Assembly: GCF_009914755.1 (NCBI RefSeq)
Contig: NC_060939.1
DNA length: 64,000 bases
Strand: one strand, 5' to 3'
Origin: the human T2T-CHM13v2.0 reference genome, Homo sapiens
The notes under the pieces were generated by a model, which was given only the letters and a program-made list of their open reading frames with translations, had not been told where the DNA came from and searched no databases. This document shows, piece after piece, positions 17,151 to 36,589 of the stretch (positions are counted from its first letter, which is position 1; each line of letters begins with the position of its first letter). Both the position numbers and the translations under genes were made by a program.

Positions 17151-17964
17151 GTATTCTGAAAAGTGAGATTCACCCATTTGTTCTATGATCTGAAAAGGTC
17201 TGAAATATACCAACACTATTAGCATTGATTCTCCAATGCTGAACATATATCACAAAACCAATTACAAGAGACTCTGCGATTAAAAAAGAGATGTTACATA
17301 TCAGTTCCTCTTAAGGGGCAAAACATTCCAAGACAGCTGAGATTAAACTTTTGCATCACCTATTTTGTTGGAATAACAGTACATTATCATGGGAGAACAC
17401 ATTTTTAAATGAAATGTATTGGACAAAACATCCTCCAGGCTAACTTGCACTGAATCCCTGCTGAATGATCTCAAATGAATAAAACAAATTATATACACTG
17501 CATTAGGCCTTAGCACGCATAGTACCATCACAAGGAGATTCAAACACTCTGTAGGTGCCCTGCCTGGCAGGGGAAGGCAAATCTCATTGAAGCACTTGTT
17601 GGTAATCCTTCTTTCTCATGAAGAATTCGGTAGACTTTTCTGCAGATATTCAGCAAACTATTTGGTGTCTGGAGTGAAAATGTGGTGTATAAGGCTGCCC
17701 TAAAATTTCATGGAAAATGTAAATTGCCTGAGTTTTCTTCCAAATCAAATCAGACTGAAAATGGCTCCCACAGCTTCTTCCTTCAACCATAAGATGTTCC
17801 CATTAGTGCCAATTAATGCTGAGACCCTAGCAATCTGTGTGCATGATTCATTAATGAGGAGCCTCATTTATAGTTGAAAAAGTAATGCAATGGAGCAACT
17901 GCAATAATGTCCTGCTTTTTCCGCACTGACCCGTGCTCTGCCAACTGCTGACCTCTCCCCACAG

Positions 17965-18031
17965 AGAAGATTTCCTCCAGCTGATCAATGGCAGCATATG
18001 CACAGGGGCAGTGGACATGGCAACAATGAAG
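17965..18031 (+). other. Candidate 67-nt exon
   Basis: ctgacctctccccacag| acceptor and AAG|GTAAGA donor in non-repeat DNA. Confidence 0.35.
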
Positions 18032-18910
18032 GTAAGATTTCACCTTCATAGTACCATTCCAACCTCCATGCTTACTTGAGACCAAACATGAGACTGAGAT
18101 TCTCTTTCTTCTTAAATGAAAGTTCTAATTTAATTAAGGAAGGAACAGAGAAGCCAAGACTCTATTACTCTGCAGCACGTTGCTTTTCTACAAGGTCTCC
18201 ACTTCATCAACATTCTCTAAATCTGTAGAATATCCTGCTATCCTCATTACTAACATGATACCAAAAAACAAACTGGCTCAATTAATTTGTAATGCTGCTC
18301 TGTGTGCGAGATGCTGGTTTTTACAATATAAATATATATGTACATCTTTTTAATTTTGCCTGAGTATTTCACTGCAATCACTGCAGATATGATAGTTATT
18401 TATTTGGCTGTAACAGTCAAGTCAACGTTTCCCTCTGTCTTGCTGCATCCTTCCTATTCTCCAACCTAAACAGGGATACAAACAAGAAGGGACTGGAATT
18501 CTGGACACCAGCCAGTGTCCCAAATCTGCTGTAGCCACAGAGTAGGGAGAATGCAGCCTCAAGTCTAGAAAGCCAGGAAACACTAATCCTCTTCAAAATG
18601 AGAAAGTGGCTCTCTCTGCCTTGGAGCGGAAAACACACCAGGCCCAGCAATCTCTTTTCTCCATGAACTTGGCAAGCATTTTTCTCCCCACTCCCACTCT
18701 TCCTGCTCATAGAAGAAAGCATGACACACTTATTAGCAGAGTCATTTTAAATACTGTTTTGCTTAAAACAGCATCAAATTCTAAACAAAAATCTGTGGGT
18801 TTTAATTTTAATTTTTAGTTTATTTCTGGTGGCAGCTGGGCTAAAATATAATTTTATACTTTCTACAAACAACAGTGTAAGTAACATTGAAGAGAAAATA
18901 TTTATGCTGC

Positions 18911-19531
<621 letters not shown>

Positions 19532-19594
19532 AGCTCCTAAGCAGAATCAGCTGTTTTCCACATCTTTTAGCAATACTACATTTGATCAATATCC

Positions 19595-19730
19595 CTCCTG
19601 AGCCATTAATAAGCACGTGACCTTGAACGAGTCTCTAAACCTCTACAGGCCTCAGTCTGCTCATCTGTAAAATGAGAGGACTGGATTAGATTTTTCTCTA
19701 TGGATCCTTATAGCTATAAGAGGTTATGAT
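19595..19730 (+). mobile_element. MIR
   Basis: gtgaccttgaacgagtctctaaacctct...ctcagtctgctcatctgtaaaatgag. Confidence 0.75.
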
Positions 19731-20938
19731 CCTGTACATGAATTGCAAGTGACTCTTACGTAGGTGATAAAAACCAGTGGCCCAACACACTATTGAAATG
19801 GAGGCTGTTTCTAGCTTTTTCTCTCCTGGATGAAGATGGAAATAGCAATCATTATTTGCGGCCTTGGGGGCTACTTGCTTGTACTCAGGCTTTCTGGAAA
19901 GTTGAAATGCATTAATTGGCTATCTTCTGGGTCTAAGTCTTCTTCAAAATTGATTAGGGATTTTGTATTTCTCCGTGAGATTCAGCAGTGGCTAGGTACT
20001 CAAAAGAAGTTATTGTTAAACAAGGAAGCATAGTCCTGCTCTCTGGAGGGATCAAACTAAAACCAACTTCATTCCTACTTAAGCCTCTGGTAATTTTCTA
20101 GAGGATGAAGAGACCAAAAATTACCCAGGCAATTAGACATTTCTGATATGTTTAACTAAACTGAAGCACCATTTTATGTATCTCATAGAGTTAGGATGAT
20201 GCCAGATAAACTGTATTAACTGTACTATCCAACCCAGCTAAGTTTACTCATGAGGCTATATACTCTTTAGGTTTATAACTTGTCATTTATTTAAAAATAT
20301 TAATATCTGCAAGGATTCACTGGCTACAATGCCTTTTATTTTGTATAAGGCTGTGTAGTCAGATTAAGCAAAGGGTAATAGCATCAGTTTGTTCTTTTCA
20401 GAGAAAAGAAAAAGCCTTTGGACTTACGGACAGAAATTACACAGGGTTAACTGTAACCTTACAAACCTCTATGGAAAGGGATGATAGGACTTTGGCTTCA
20501 TTCCCTCAATTGCTATATCAATAGAAGAAGTGCTATAATTTCATTTCTTGGGCAAACTATTCAGATAACCCTTCACACAGAATTATAGCTTCTATTAAAA
20601 ATGTGTATCCTTTCCCAAAGCCTTTTTGCTCTCTTGTTTTAATATGAAACAATTGAGAGTTACAACAGTACATTGGGAAAGAATTATTATCCTTGTCAAC
20701 ATCCTTAGGGGACTTGATTAATATAAGAACTTCTTCCTCCTAACTAATGATACTACAGGCTGCAGGAGCATTCCCCAAACAATTGTGTAATTCAAGTCCT
20801 TTGTGTCTGGTGTGTATCTGACAGACTGGTCAATAGCTTCGCTGAAGGGAAGTATTCCTCTCAATTTCAATCACAAAGCAACCTCTAAGGAAATTCTCAA
20901 GTCTCATAAATAGGCTGGACTTAGAACATCAGGCTCAC

Positions 20939-21031
20939 CTGTAACACCCCTGCCTCAATAGAGATGTTGAATTCCAAAGAGGAGGCTGTACAAGGAAATC
21001 TGGAGGATGAATGACAGAGAAAGGTCAGGTA
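20939..21031 (-). other. Candidate exon with tandem 3' splice sites
   Basis: Two CTGAC-pyrimidine-CAG acceptors (exon starts 21031 or 20999) and donor CAG|GTGAGC. Confidence 0.35.
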
Positions 21032-21099
21032 CTGTGGTACAGAGAAAGACAGTCAGGTAAATGGTAAAAATCTTAAAATATTTTTATATGATACCAGGA

Positions 21100-21202
21100 A
21101 TAATAAGCTATTGTATATGGAACACTTACTTTCTGCCAGCTGATTTTCTAAGTGTTCTACATGTATTAACTCATTTAATCCTCACCTCAATCCTATAAGG
21201 TA
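21100..21202 (-). mobile_element. MIR
   Basis: acttactttctgccag...ctaagtgttctacatgtattaactcatttaatcctcac. Confidence 0.75.
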
Positions 21203-21556
21203 ATGTATAGGACTACGATATGTAAATAGTTTTCTCTACTACTATTTTACTTAGTGTTGTTTTGTTTGAATTTTCCTGTATCATTTCTTTCCATTTGATA
21301 TGTAAAAGCTGTTGGCTTTCATCATTTACGTGATCTATGACTTCATTCACTCATCACAAACTTGGCTTGGAAGTTTCCTCTTTGCCAAGAAAGGGCAGAG
21401 AAGATTCAGAAGATATAATAGGGGATGAGTAAAGGATGAGCATAGATTTTATTGTAGTTTCTTAATGGAGTCAATTGAGTTGTGTACCTTTTCTTTGATA
21501 GAGCAGTAGTTACGTTTTCGACTGTGCCAAAATGGCTAATGATAGATTTGGTGCCT

Positions 21557-22031
21557 GGTATGGACTGAACTGTGTCCCCCTGCCCCCCAAAATGTATATG
21601 TTCAAGTCCTAATCTTCAGTACCCCAGAATATGACTATATTTAGAGATAGGGCTTTTACAAGATTAAGGTTAAAGGAGGTCATATAGGTGGACCCTAACC
21701 CATGAGACTGTATTTAGAGATAGGGCTCTCAAAGACGTGATTAAATTTAAACAAAGCCGTTAGGGCAGGCCCCTAAGCCAATCTGACTGGTGTGCTTATA
21801 AGAGGAAATTCGGTTCTGAGGGAGACACTGGAGCCACACACAGAGGGATGACTATGTGAAGAGGCAGCAAGAATGACGCTATCTGCAAGCTAAAGGCCTC
21901 AGAGGTAATCATACCTTGCCAGCATCTTCACCTTGGACTTCCAGCCTCCAGACTTATGAGGAAGTAAATTTCTGTTGTGAAAGCCATCCAATCTGTGGTA
22001 TTTTGTTATGGCAGCCCTAGCAAACTAATAC
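21557..22031 (+). mobile_element. MLT1B-like solo LTR with internal duplication
   Basis: tggtatggactgaactgtgtcccc ... ttggacttccagcctccagac ... gttatggcagccctagcaaactaataca. Confidence 0.88.
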
Positions 22032-22364
22032 AGTATAGAGCAAAATGCAGGCTTTAGCTGTTTTTCCTTTAACCATTTCCCCTTTAATTCGCTAAAATAA
22101 ACTTGTATTAAGGAAAAAGCAAGTCTTGATAAGCCTTTAGAACACATGTCAAAAATGGCCAGTCAGACTTAGACCACATGTACATAAGTAATTTAACCCT
22201 GGTGATTTAGTATATACTACTGAGAGCCTATGGGAAGTGTCTAGCAGAGGAATGGTGATATTTACAGATCTGACTAAGCAGCACTTTGTGTTCCTCAATC
22301 CTAGGAACTACTGGAAATTGTAGCATCCCATGACCATGGGCATCTGTAGTTCCATCCACAGTGC

Positions 22365-22405
22365 AGCACAGAGCAGTAACAGCACAGAGCAGTAACAGCA
22401 CAGAG
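22365..22405. repeat. 16-bp tandem repeat (agcacagagcagtaac), about 2.5 copies
   Basis: Directly visible exact copies. Confidence 0.9.
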
Positions 22406-23479
22406 AAATATCTTTTAATTGCCCTGCCTTTCCATGGCATAGTTGGGTCTTGAAATTAGTTATCTTGATGCCAAGTCTTTACTTTTCCAGCATATAGGCT
22501 TAAAAATGTTTAGAACATACTGGCATTCAAGTATTTATTAAATTCTAATTATATGTTATATATTTATACTGTGCTTTGGGGAGTGGAAGTAGATCTGAGA
22601 GATTATTGATACCCTTTTTCTTGAGGAAATCTGGGGGTCCAAAATTCTAAATAACTGAGATGTGTCATCTAGTCACGTTATTATGCTGAGTGCTCCTTAT
22701 GCATCTTGGAAAATAAGGCCCATTTGAAAATAATATCTTTAAAAATTTTGGCACAAGTTTTTATGACAGTGTTGATTAAAAACTCAAAAAAGATAAAAGC
22801 ATATGCTGTCATTTTAAAGCACAGATGTCTCCCTTCAGAGAAATAACATTCTCTCTCTCTCTCTCCTCTCTCTTTCAGACAGTGCCTTTGGTTATACACT
22901 GAGGAATGTAATCATTTCCAACATTGAGAAGTATTTTCTTATATAGATGATGTTAATCTCTAATGTAGCAGTTTGTCTATTTCTTCTTTTTAGGTCTTCA
23001 GCAAAAAGAACAGCTGGTCTCAATCTTTTCTATGTCAGTTTTTCACATGCTTGGGGACTTAAAATGGTGAGCTAGGTCATGCCTGTCAATTACAATAGCA
23101 GACTTGAATTCATATAACCTTGTTTCTTTTAGTTCTCTATGCCTGAGAAACAGAGGGTGGGGAATAACTGGTGTTTGGCAGGGTTTAATACGTTGCCATA
23201 ATCTTATTTCCAAACAAAGTGTGTCCTCATCAGATTTGTCCTAATTCTTTAGCAAAATGCCTCAGGAAAAGTACACAGGATAACCAAGAAAATTTCTTCT
23301 GTGCATGGTTGAAGAAAATTCACACACAAAAAAAGGCAAACAAGTCCCTCTGACTCTTCCTGTGTTATTCGTGTTTTGTAAAATGTGTTAAATGCTTGTT
23401 AAACACATTTTGTTAAACCCTGTGACCCTTACGATCCTGAATTGCTAGCCTTTAGGTTCAAAAATAAAGGTTTTAGGGT

Positions 23480-26600
<3,121 letters not shown>

Positions 26601-26986
26601 AATAATTTGATTTGCAATACAAATAGTAACATGACAATTATTGGAAAATGGCATTATTCAGTAGTTATTTAAAACTCAAATTTGTATTAGATTTTATCTA
26701 AAACAATTAAATCTAATTGCTCACACACATAAATAACTTTTGTAACTTAAAAATCAAATGGAACAAACAACCCAATTAAATATTTATGAGAAATTTAAGA
26801 GGAGGTTCCAAGACGGCCGAATAGAAATAGCTCCAGTCTATAGCTCCCAGTGTGAGCGATGGAGAAGACAGGTGATTTCTGCATTTCCAACTGAGGTACT
26901 GAGTTCATCTCACTGGGGCCTGTCGGAGAGTAGGTGCAGGACAGTGGGTGCAGCCCACGGAGCATGAACCGAAGCAGGGCAAGGCA

Positions 26987-27249
26987 TCACCTCACCTGGG
27001 GAGCACAAGGGGTCAGGGAATTCCCTTTCCTAGCCAAGGGAAGCCATGACAGATGGCACCTGGAAAATCGGGTCACTCCCACCCTAATACTGTACTTTTC
27101 CAATGGTCTTAGCAAGTGGCACACCAGGAGATTATATCCTGTGCCTGGCTGAGAGAGTCCCATGCCCACTGAGCTTGCTCACTGCTGGCACAGCAGTCTG
27201 AGATAGACCTGCAAGGCGGCAGCGAGGCTAGGGGAGGGGCGCCTGCCAT
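26987..27249 (-). pseudogene. L1 antisense ORF0, frameshifted
   Basis: ATG at 27249 gives MAGAPPLASLPPC..ISDCCAS; the ORF0 C-terminal part (PGTGYNLLV..LEKYSIRVGVTRFSRC) lies in another frame. Confidence 0.8.
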
Positions 27250-27817
27250 TGCTGAGGCTTGAGTAGGTAAATAAAGCAGCCAGGAAGCTCGAACTGGGTG
27301 GAGCCCATTGCAGCTCAAGGAGGCCTGCCTGCCTCTGTAGACGCCACCTCTAGGGGCAGGGTATAGCTGAACAAAAGGCAGCAGAAACTTCTGCAGACTT
27401 AAACGTCCCTGACTGACAGATTTGAAGAAAGTAGTGGGTCTCCCAGCATGGAGTTTGATATCTGAGAACAGACAGACTGACTCCTCAAGTGGGTCCCTGA
27501 CCCCCGAGTAGCCTAGCTGGGAGGCACCTCCCAGTAGGGGCCAACTGACACCTCCTACAGCCAGGTGCCCCGCTGAGACAAAGCTTCCAGAGGAACGATT
27601 AGACAGCAACATTTGCCATTCTGCAATATTTGCTGTTCTGCAGCCTCCGCTGGTGATACCCAGGCAAACAGGGTGGACCTCCAGCAAACTCCAACAGACC
27701 TGCAGCTGAGGGTCCTGACTGTTAGAAGGAAAACTAACAAACAGAAAGGACATCCACACCAAAACCCCATCTGTACGTCACCATCATCAATGATCAAAAG
27801 TAGATAAAACCACAAAG

Positions 27818-28848
27818 ATGGGGAGAAAACAGAGCAGAAAAGCTGAAAATTCTAAAAATCAGAGTGCCTCTTCTCCTCCAGAGGAATGCAGCTCCTTGCC
27901 AGCAATGGAACAAAGCTGGACAGAGAATGACTTTGACGAATTGAGAGAAGAAGTCTTCAGACAATCGATAATAACAAATTTCTCTGAGCTAAAAGAGGAA
28001 GTTCGAACCCATCACAAAGAAGCTAAAAGCCTTGAAAAAAGATTAAGACGAATGGCTAACTAGAATAAACAGTATAGAGAAGACCTTAAATGACCTGATG
28101 GAGCTGAAAACCATGGCAAGAGAACTATGTGACACACGCACAAGCTTCAGTAGCCGATTCAATCAACTGGAAGAAAGGGTATCAGTGACTGAAGATCAAA
28201 TGAATGAAATGAAGTGAGAAGGAAAGTTTAGAGAAAAAAGAGTAAAGAGAAATGAATAAAGCCTCCAAGAAATATGGGACTATGTGAAACGACCAAATCT
28301 ACGTCTGATTGGTGTACCTGAAAGTGATGGGGAGAATGGAACCAAGTTGGAAAACACTCTGCAGGATATTATCCAGGAGAACTTCCCCAACCTAGCAAGG
28401 CAGGCCAACACTGAAATTAATTCAGGAAATACAGAGAACACCACAAAGATACACCTCAAGAAGAGCAACTCCAAGACACATAATTGTCAGATTCACCAAA
28501 GTTGAAATAAAGGAAAAAATGTTAAGGGCAGCCACAGAGAAAGGTCAGGTTACCCACAAAGGGAAGCCCATCAGAGTAATAGCAGATCTCACGGCAGAAA
28601 CGCTACAAGCCAGAAGAGAGTGGGGGCCGATAAGCAACATTCTTAAAGAAAAGAATTTTCAACCCAGAATTTCATATCCAGCCAAACTAAGCTTCATAAG
28701 TGAAGGAGAAATAAAATCCTTTACAGACAAGCAAATGCTGAGAGATTTTGTCACCACCAGGCCTGCCTTACAAGAGCTCCTGAAGCAAGCACTAAACATG
28801 GAAAGGAACAACTGGTACCAGCCACTGCAAAAACATGCCAACTTGTAA
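27818..28848 (+). pseudogene. L1 ORF1p (RNA-binding chaperone), disrupted
   Basis: Fragments MGRKQSRKAENSKNQ..., KRPNLRLIGVPESDGENG..., ...YQPLQKHANL, broken by frameshifts and stops. Confidence 0.95.
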
Positions 28849-28911
28849 AGACCATTGAGGCTAGGAAGAAACTGCATCAACTAACGAGCAAAATAACCAG
28901 CTAACATCATA

Positions 28912-32718
<3,807 letters not shown>

Positions 32719-32938
32719 ACAATGAGAACACTTGGACGCAGGATGGGGAACATCACACACCAGGGTCTGTTGCCAGGTGGGGGTAAGGGGGAGGGATAAC
32801 ATTAGGAGATATACCTAACATAAATGACGAGTTCATGTGTGCAGCACACCAACATGGCACATGTATACATATGTAACAAACCTGCTTGTTGTACACATGT
32901 ACCCTAGAACTTAAAGTATAAAAAAAGAAAAAAAGAAA

Positions 32939-33620
32939 TAGACATTTTACTAAAAGATACAGATGGAAAATAAGCATATGAAAAGCTGCTTAGCATCATT
33001 TGTCACTAGAAAAATAAAAATTCAAACCACAATAAAATGTCACTATATATTCACTACAATAGCTAAAATAAAAGAGATTGACAATTCTAAGTGTTGGCAA
33101 CGATGCAGAACAACTAGTGTGAATACAAAATTCAACACACTTACCAAATTACCTAGAAATTTCACACAAAGATTTGTGAAGGAACGTTCACAGATAGCAG
33201 TTTTAGTCATAATAATAAAAAACTGGAAACAATCCACGTGTTGACCAACTTCAGAAGAGACAAATTTTGGATTACATATACTACAGAATTCAATTCAGCA
33301 ATAAAAAGGAACAAACTCTTTATATTCACATCATGATTGAAACTCAAAAGCATCGTATAAAGCATAAAATAAGCCAGTAACAAAATGTTACATATTCTAT
33401 AATTTTGCTTATATGAAATGCTAGCAAAGGGGAAAAGAAATCAGTGGTTGCCAGGGTTCCATGGGTGGAAGGAGGCAACTGACTGCAAAGCGGCATGTGA
33501 GAACTTTCTGGGATGATGGAAATATTTCCTATCATGATTGTAGCAGAAGTAACATCACTGTGTACATTTGACAAAACCCATGGAATTGAACAAGTTAAAA
33601 GGGCAGATTTTGCCATTTAA
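32939..33620 (+). mobile_element. Older L1M host element, continuing from about 26740-26798
   Basis: aacaacccaattaaa...[L1PA]...atagacattttactaaaagatacagatggaaaataagcatatgaaaagctgc is contiguous degenerate ORF2 C-terminus, followed by an L1M 3'UTR. Confidence 0.8.
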
Positions 33621-34294
33621 AAAGTGGATTGGAACATGCTTCTACATACACAGAATCTATCTTCCATGAGAAGTTTAATTTTTTTTCCTGGTACTGTTTC
33701 TGAAAGAACAGCCAGTATGATCGCAGAAAATCACATGAAACATGAAGATGCAGAATGGAAACCAGGCTTACACTTTAGCACAGGCACTAAAAGGCTCAGG
33801 AAACACTATGCTCTACTTAGACTCAGTCTTATGACTCAGTCATAGTAAAAAGCTATCCCTCTGAAATGCTAACGAACTGTGTGATTTTAAATACATCGTC
33901 TTCAAATCAGTTCTAAGTAAAGGCCAACTTTTTATGTGCTATCCTACTTGCTGGCTATGCCTTATGGTCACCAAGTGCTTCTCTGAGAAGTTGTTGCGTA
34001 GTGTTATTTCACAGTCTTCTGTCCTTCTTCTGAGCCAGAGAAGGAGAGCTCAGTTGAGAATTAAAGGGGGAAAAATGAAACACAGAAAATAACTTTGTCT
34101 ATATTGGGAGACAAATGGAGCTAAAAAGGCAATCATTTGAGACTAGTGGTGGTATCAGCCCATCCACAAAGATTTTTGTTGTGGTGGTTTGCGATTGTCT
34201 TAAGGAAGAAAAATTCACAATGTATCTAAGTAACATTCCTAGTAACTCAGAATGTGAATAACCTTCCTGATACCGTCTTTTGCATTTTTGTATC

Positions 34295-34567
34295 GTTTTT
34301 ATTTGTCAAATAAAAATCATATATATTTATGGTGTAAAATGTGATGTTTCGATATATGCATACATTGTGGAATGGCTAAATCAATCTATTTAGCATATGC
34401 ATTACCTTGCATGCTTTTCTTTTTGTAGTGAGAACACTTAAAACCTACTTTCAGCAATTTTCAAGCATAAGTATATTGTGATAATAATTACAATGATGTA
34501 CGCTCCATCTGTTGAACTTATTCCTCCCGTCCAGCCAGAATTTTATATCCTTTGGCCGACAATTCCC
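34295..34567 (-). mobile_element. L1MA 3' end
   Basis: tatatttatggtgtaaaatgtgatgttt...tacattgtggaatggctaaatcaa...gtgagaacacttaaaa. Confidence 0.8.
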
Positions 34568-36154
34568 TTGTTTAAGTTTCTAGTTGCCTTTTTTGGTACC
34601 ATAAGTCATAGAATGCAGAAATGCAGAAGGGACAATGGGCATCACTTGGTTTTAGTAAACCAAGTAATGATTTTTATAAAGTCTCACTTATAGAAAGCTG
34701 CCAATTCCGAGGCTGCCAACAGTTTCCTAACTGTGTTTACACCCATTAGAAAGGTTTGTCAACATCACAGGAAAAAGCTGACAGAGAAGATCTAGAGTGT
34801 GCCTGCTGCTAAACTCAATGCCAAAACTCACCATTCTTGGACTTCTTATCAGGGCTGTGTCCCAGGAACAGCTATTCCTAGAAACCAAAATATGTATGTG
34901 TCTGTGGTGGGGGTGGGGGTGGGGTGGGGTGGGGGGAGTGGTGGTAGTGGTGTTGAATGTAGGAAAAGAGACATTGGAGAGATGTTGTCTTCATGTTTTC
35001 CATACCATATTCGGCTGGGTATATCAACCACATTTAGGAAGTCTGACTCTTAGTCACACATCAGAATTTTGGTGGGAGACCTCTCATTTTCTCCTCTTCA
35101 ATCCCAGTGCTCTCCACAATGCACCATTCTGCCTCCAGTTGAGTAGATGTTACCATAGGCATGAATTGGCAAGGGAAAGGATAAACCAAAAGCAAGAAGG
35201 CTTCTTGGCTGTTGCAATAAACAAGGATAAACAAAGTAAGCAGTAATTATGAACGTGTGAGAAAGTTGAAGATACAGGAGACATTTAGGAGGAAAAATTG
35301 GAAGGTCTTGCAGACCTGATGAGGTGTAGAAATTAAGCAGGGGCAACTGGGTGGAGGGCAACACCATTCTCGGAGCTAATGAAACAGAAAATGTTGCTAG
35401 CTGAATTTGGGGAAATTGGAGAGCATAGGCATGTAAAGGATACATGTGAAAATTCACCAAGAATCTTAAACTGTGGAGTGAATCTTGTGGCTTTATTGTT
35501 TGCTTGTTTAATATTTGATGTAACTGTCTATACTCTTTCATGCCCACTTACTTTGCTCTCTCAATCTTCTAGCACATTTATACTTAGTTTCTTTCAGTTC
35601 CTTGAATACTCTTTGCTTTATCTTTCTTTTGTGACTTCCGCATGTGAGTTTCTAGGCCTCTTGCCTTCACTCATTGCCATTCACCCTTCAGGTTTCCATT
35701 GAGCCTCCCTTCCCCTGGAAACCTTACTGGCACCATTTCCAACCTCTCAGGGCCCAAGTTAGGTAATTCTCTAATATACTTTGACTTCCCTTGTTGGAGG
35801 AATTATCACCAATACGAATACTGGACTTTTAATTGTCTCTCTTCATCTCAATATCATAAGCTCTAATACGACAAAAAAATTTGCCTTGTCAATAATTAAG
35901 CCCAAAGATCACAATAAAAGTTAAATACGTGTTAATGGAAGTGAATATTTTAAAAATTATATATTAAACTTAAATAAAATTAAAACATACAAAGATATCC
36001 CAATTCTGACTCTTTGTATTCATTATAATGTATGTCTTAATTTACATAAATTATAATTCATAAGTGATATATGAAATGCATATATTCATAGGAATATAAT
36101 TACATATTATATAGCCATATATGTATGCACATGTATGTATATGTACTCAGGTAC

Positions 36155-36551
36155 TGTATTAGTCCATTCTGCATTCCTATAAAGGAATACCTAAAACTGG
36201 GTAATTTATAAGAAAAGAGGTTTATTTGGCTCACACTTCTGCTAACTGTACAAGAAGCATGGTGCCAGCATCTGCTTCAGGTTGGGACCTCAGGAAGCTT
36301 TTCCTCATGTTCCGCAGGTGTGCCACATAAGAGAGAGAATAAGGGAAAGAAGTGAAGAAATGCCAGGCTCTTCAATCAGCTCTCTTGTGAACTAATAGAG
36401 CAAAACTCACTCATTACTGTGGGGAAGGAACCAAGCTATTCATGAGGGGTCCACCCACAGACCCAAACACTTCCACAGGGTCCCACCTCCAACACTGGGA
36501 TGGGAGATTTTAACATGAGATTTGGAAGGGACAAACATCCAAACTATATCA
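36155..36551 (-). mobile_element. MSTB-like MaLR solo LTR
   Basis: tgtattagtccattc...aagaaaagaggtttatttggctcac...gggacaaacatccaaactatatca; TSD ggtac/tgtac. Confidence 0.88.
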
Positions 36552-36589
36552 TGTACACATATATATACAAACACATAAACACACATACA

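Noticed and set aside
22365-22405. Short direct repeats (also 25021-25061 and 44102-44146) as a CRISPR-like array
   Set aside because: Only 2-3 adjacent copies without a series of unique spacers; simple slippage duplications in eukaryotic DNA.
23380-23411. 10-bp inverted repeat aaaatgtgtt/aacacatttt
   Set aside because: Short and AT-rich; expected by chance in 64 kb and too short for a pre-miRNA.
34797-35702. Cluster of overlapping 100-150 aa ORFs
   Set aside because: Low-complexity translations (WGWGWGG from the G-tract) over degenerate sequence, with no domain similarity.
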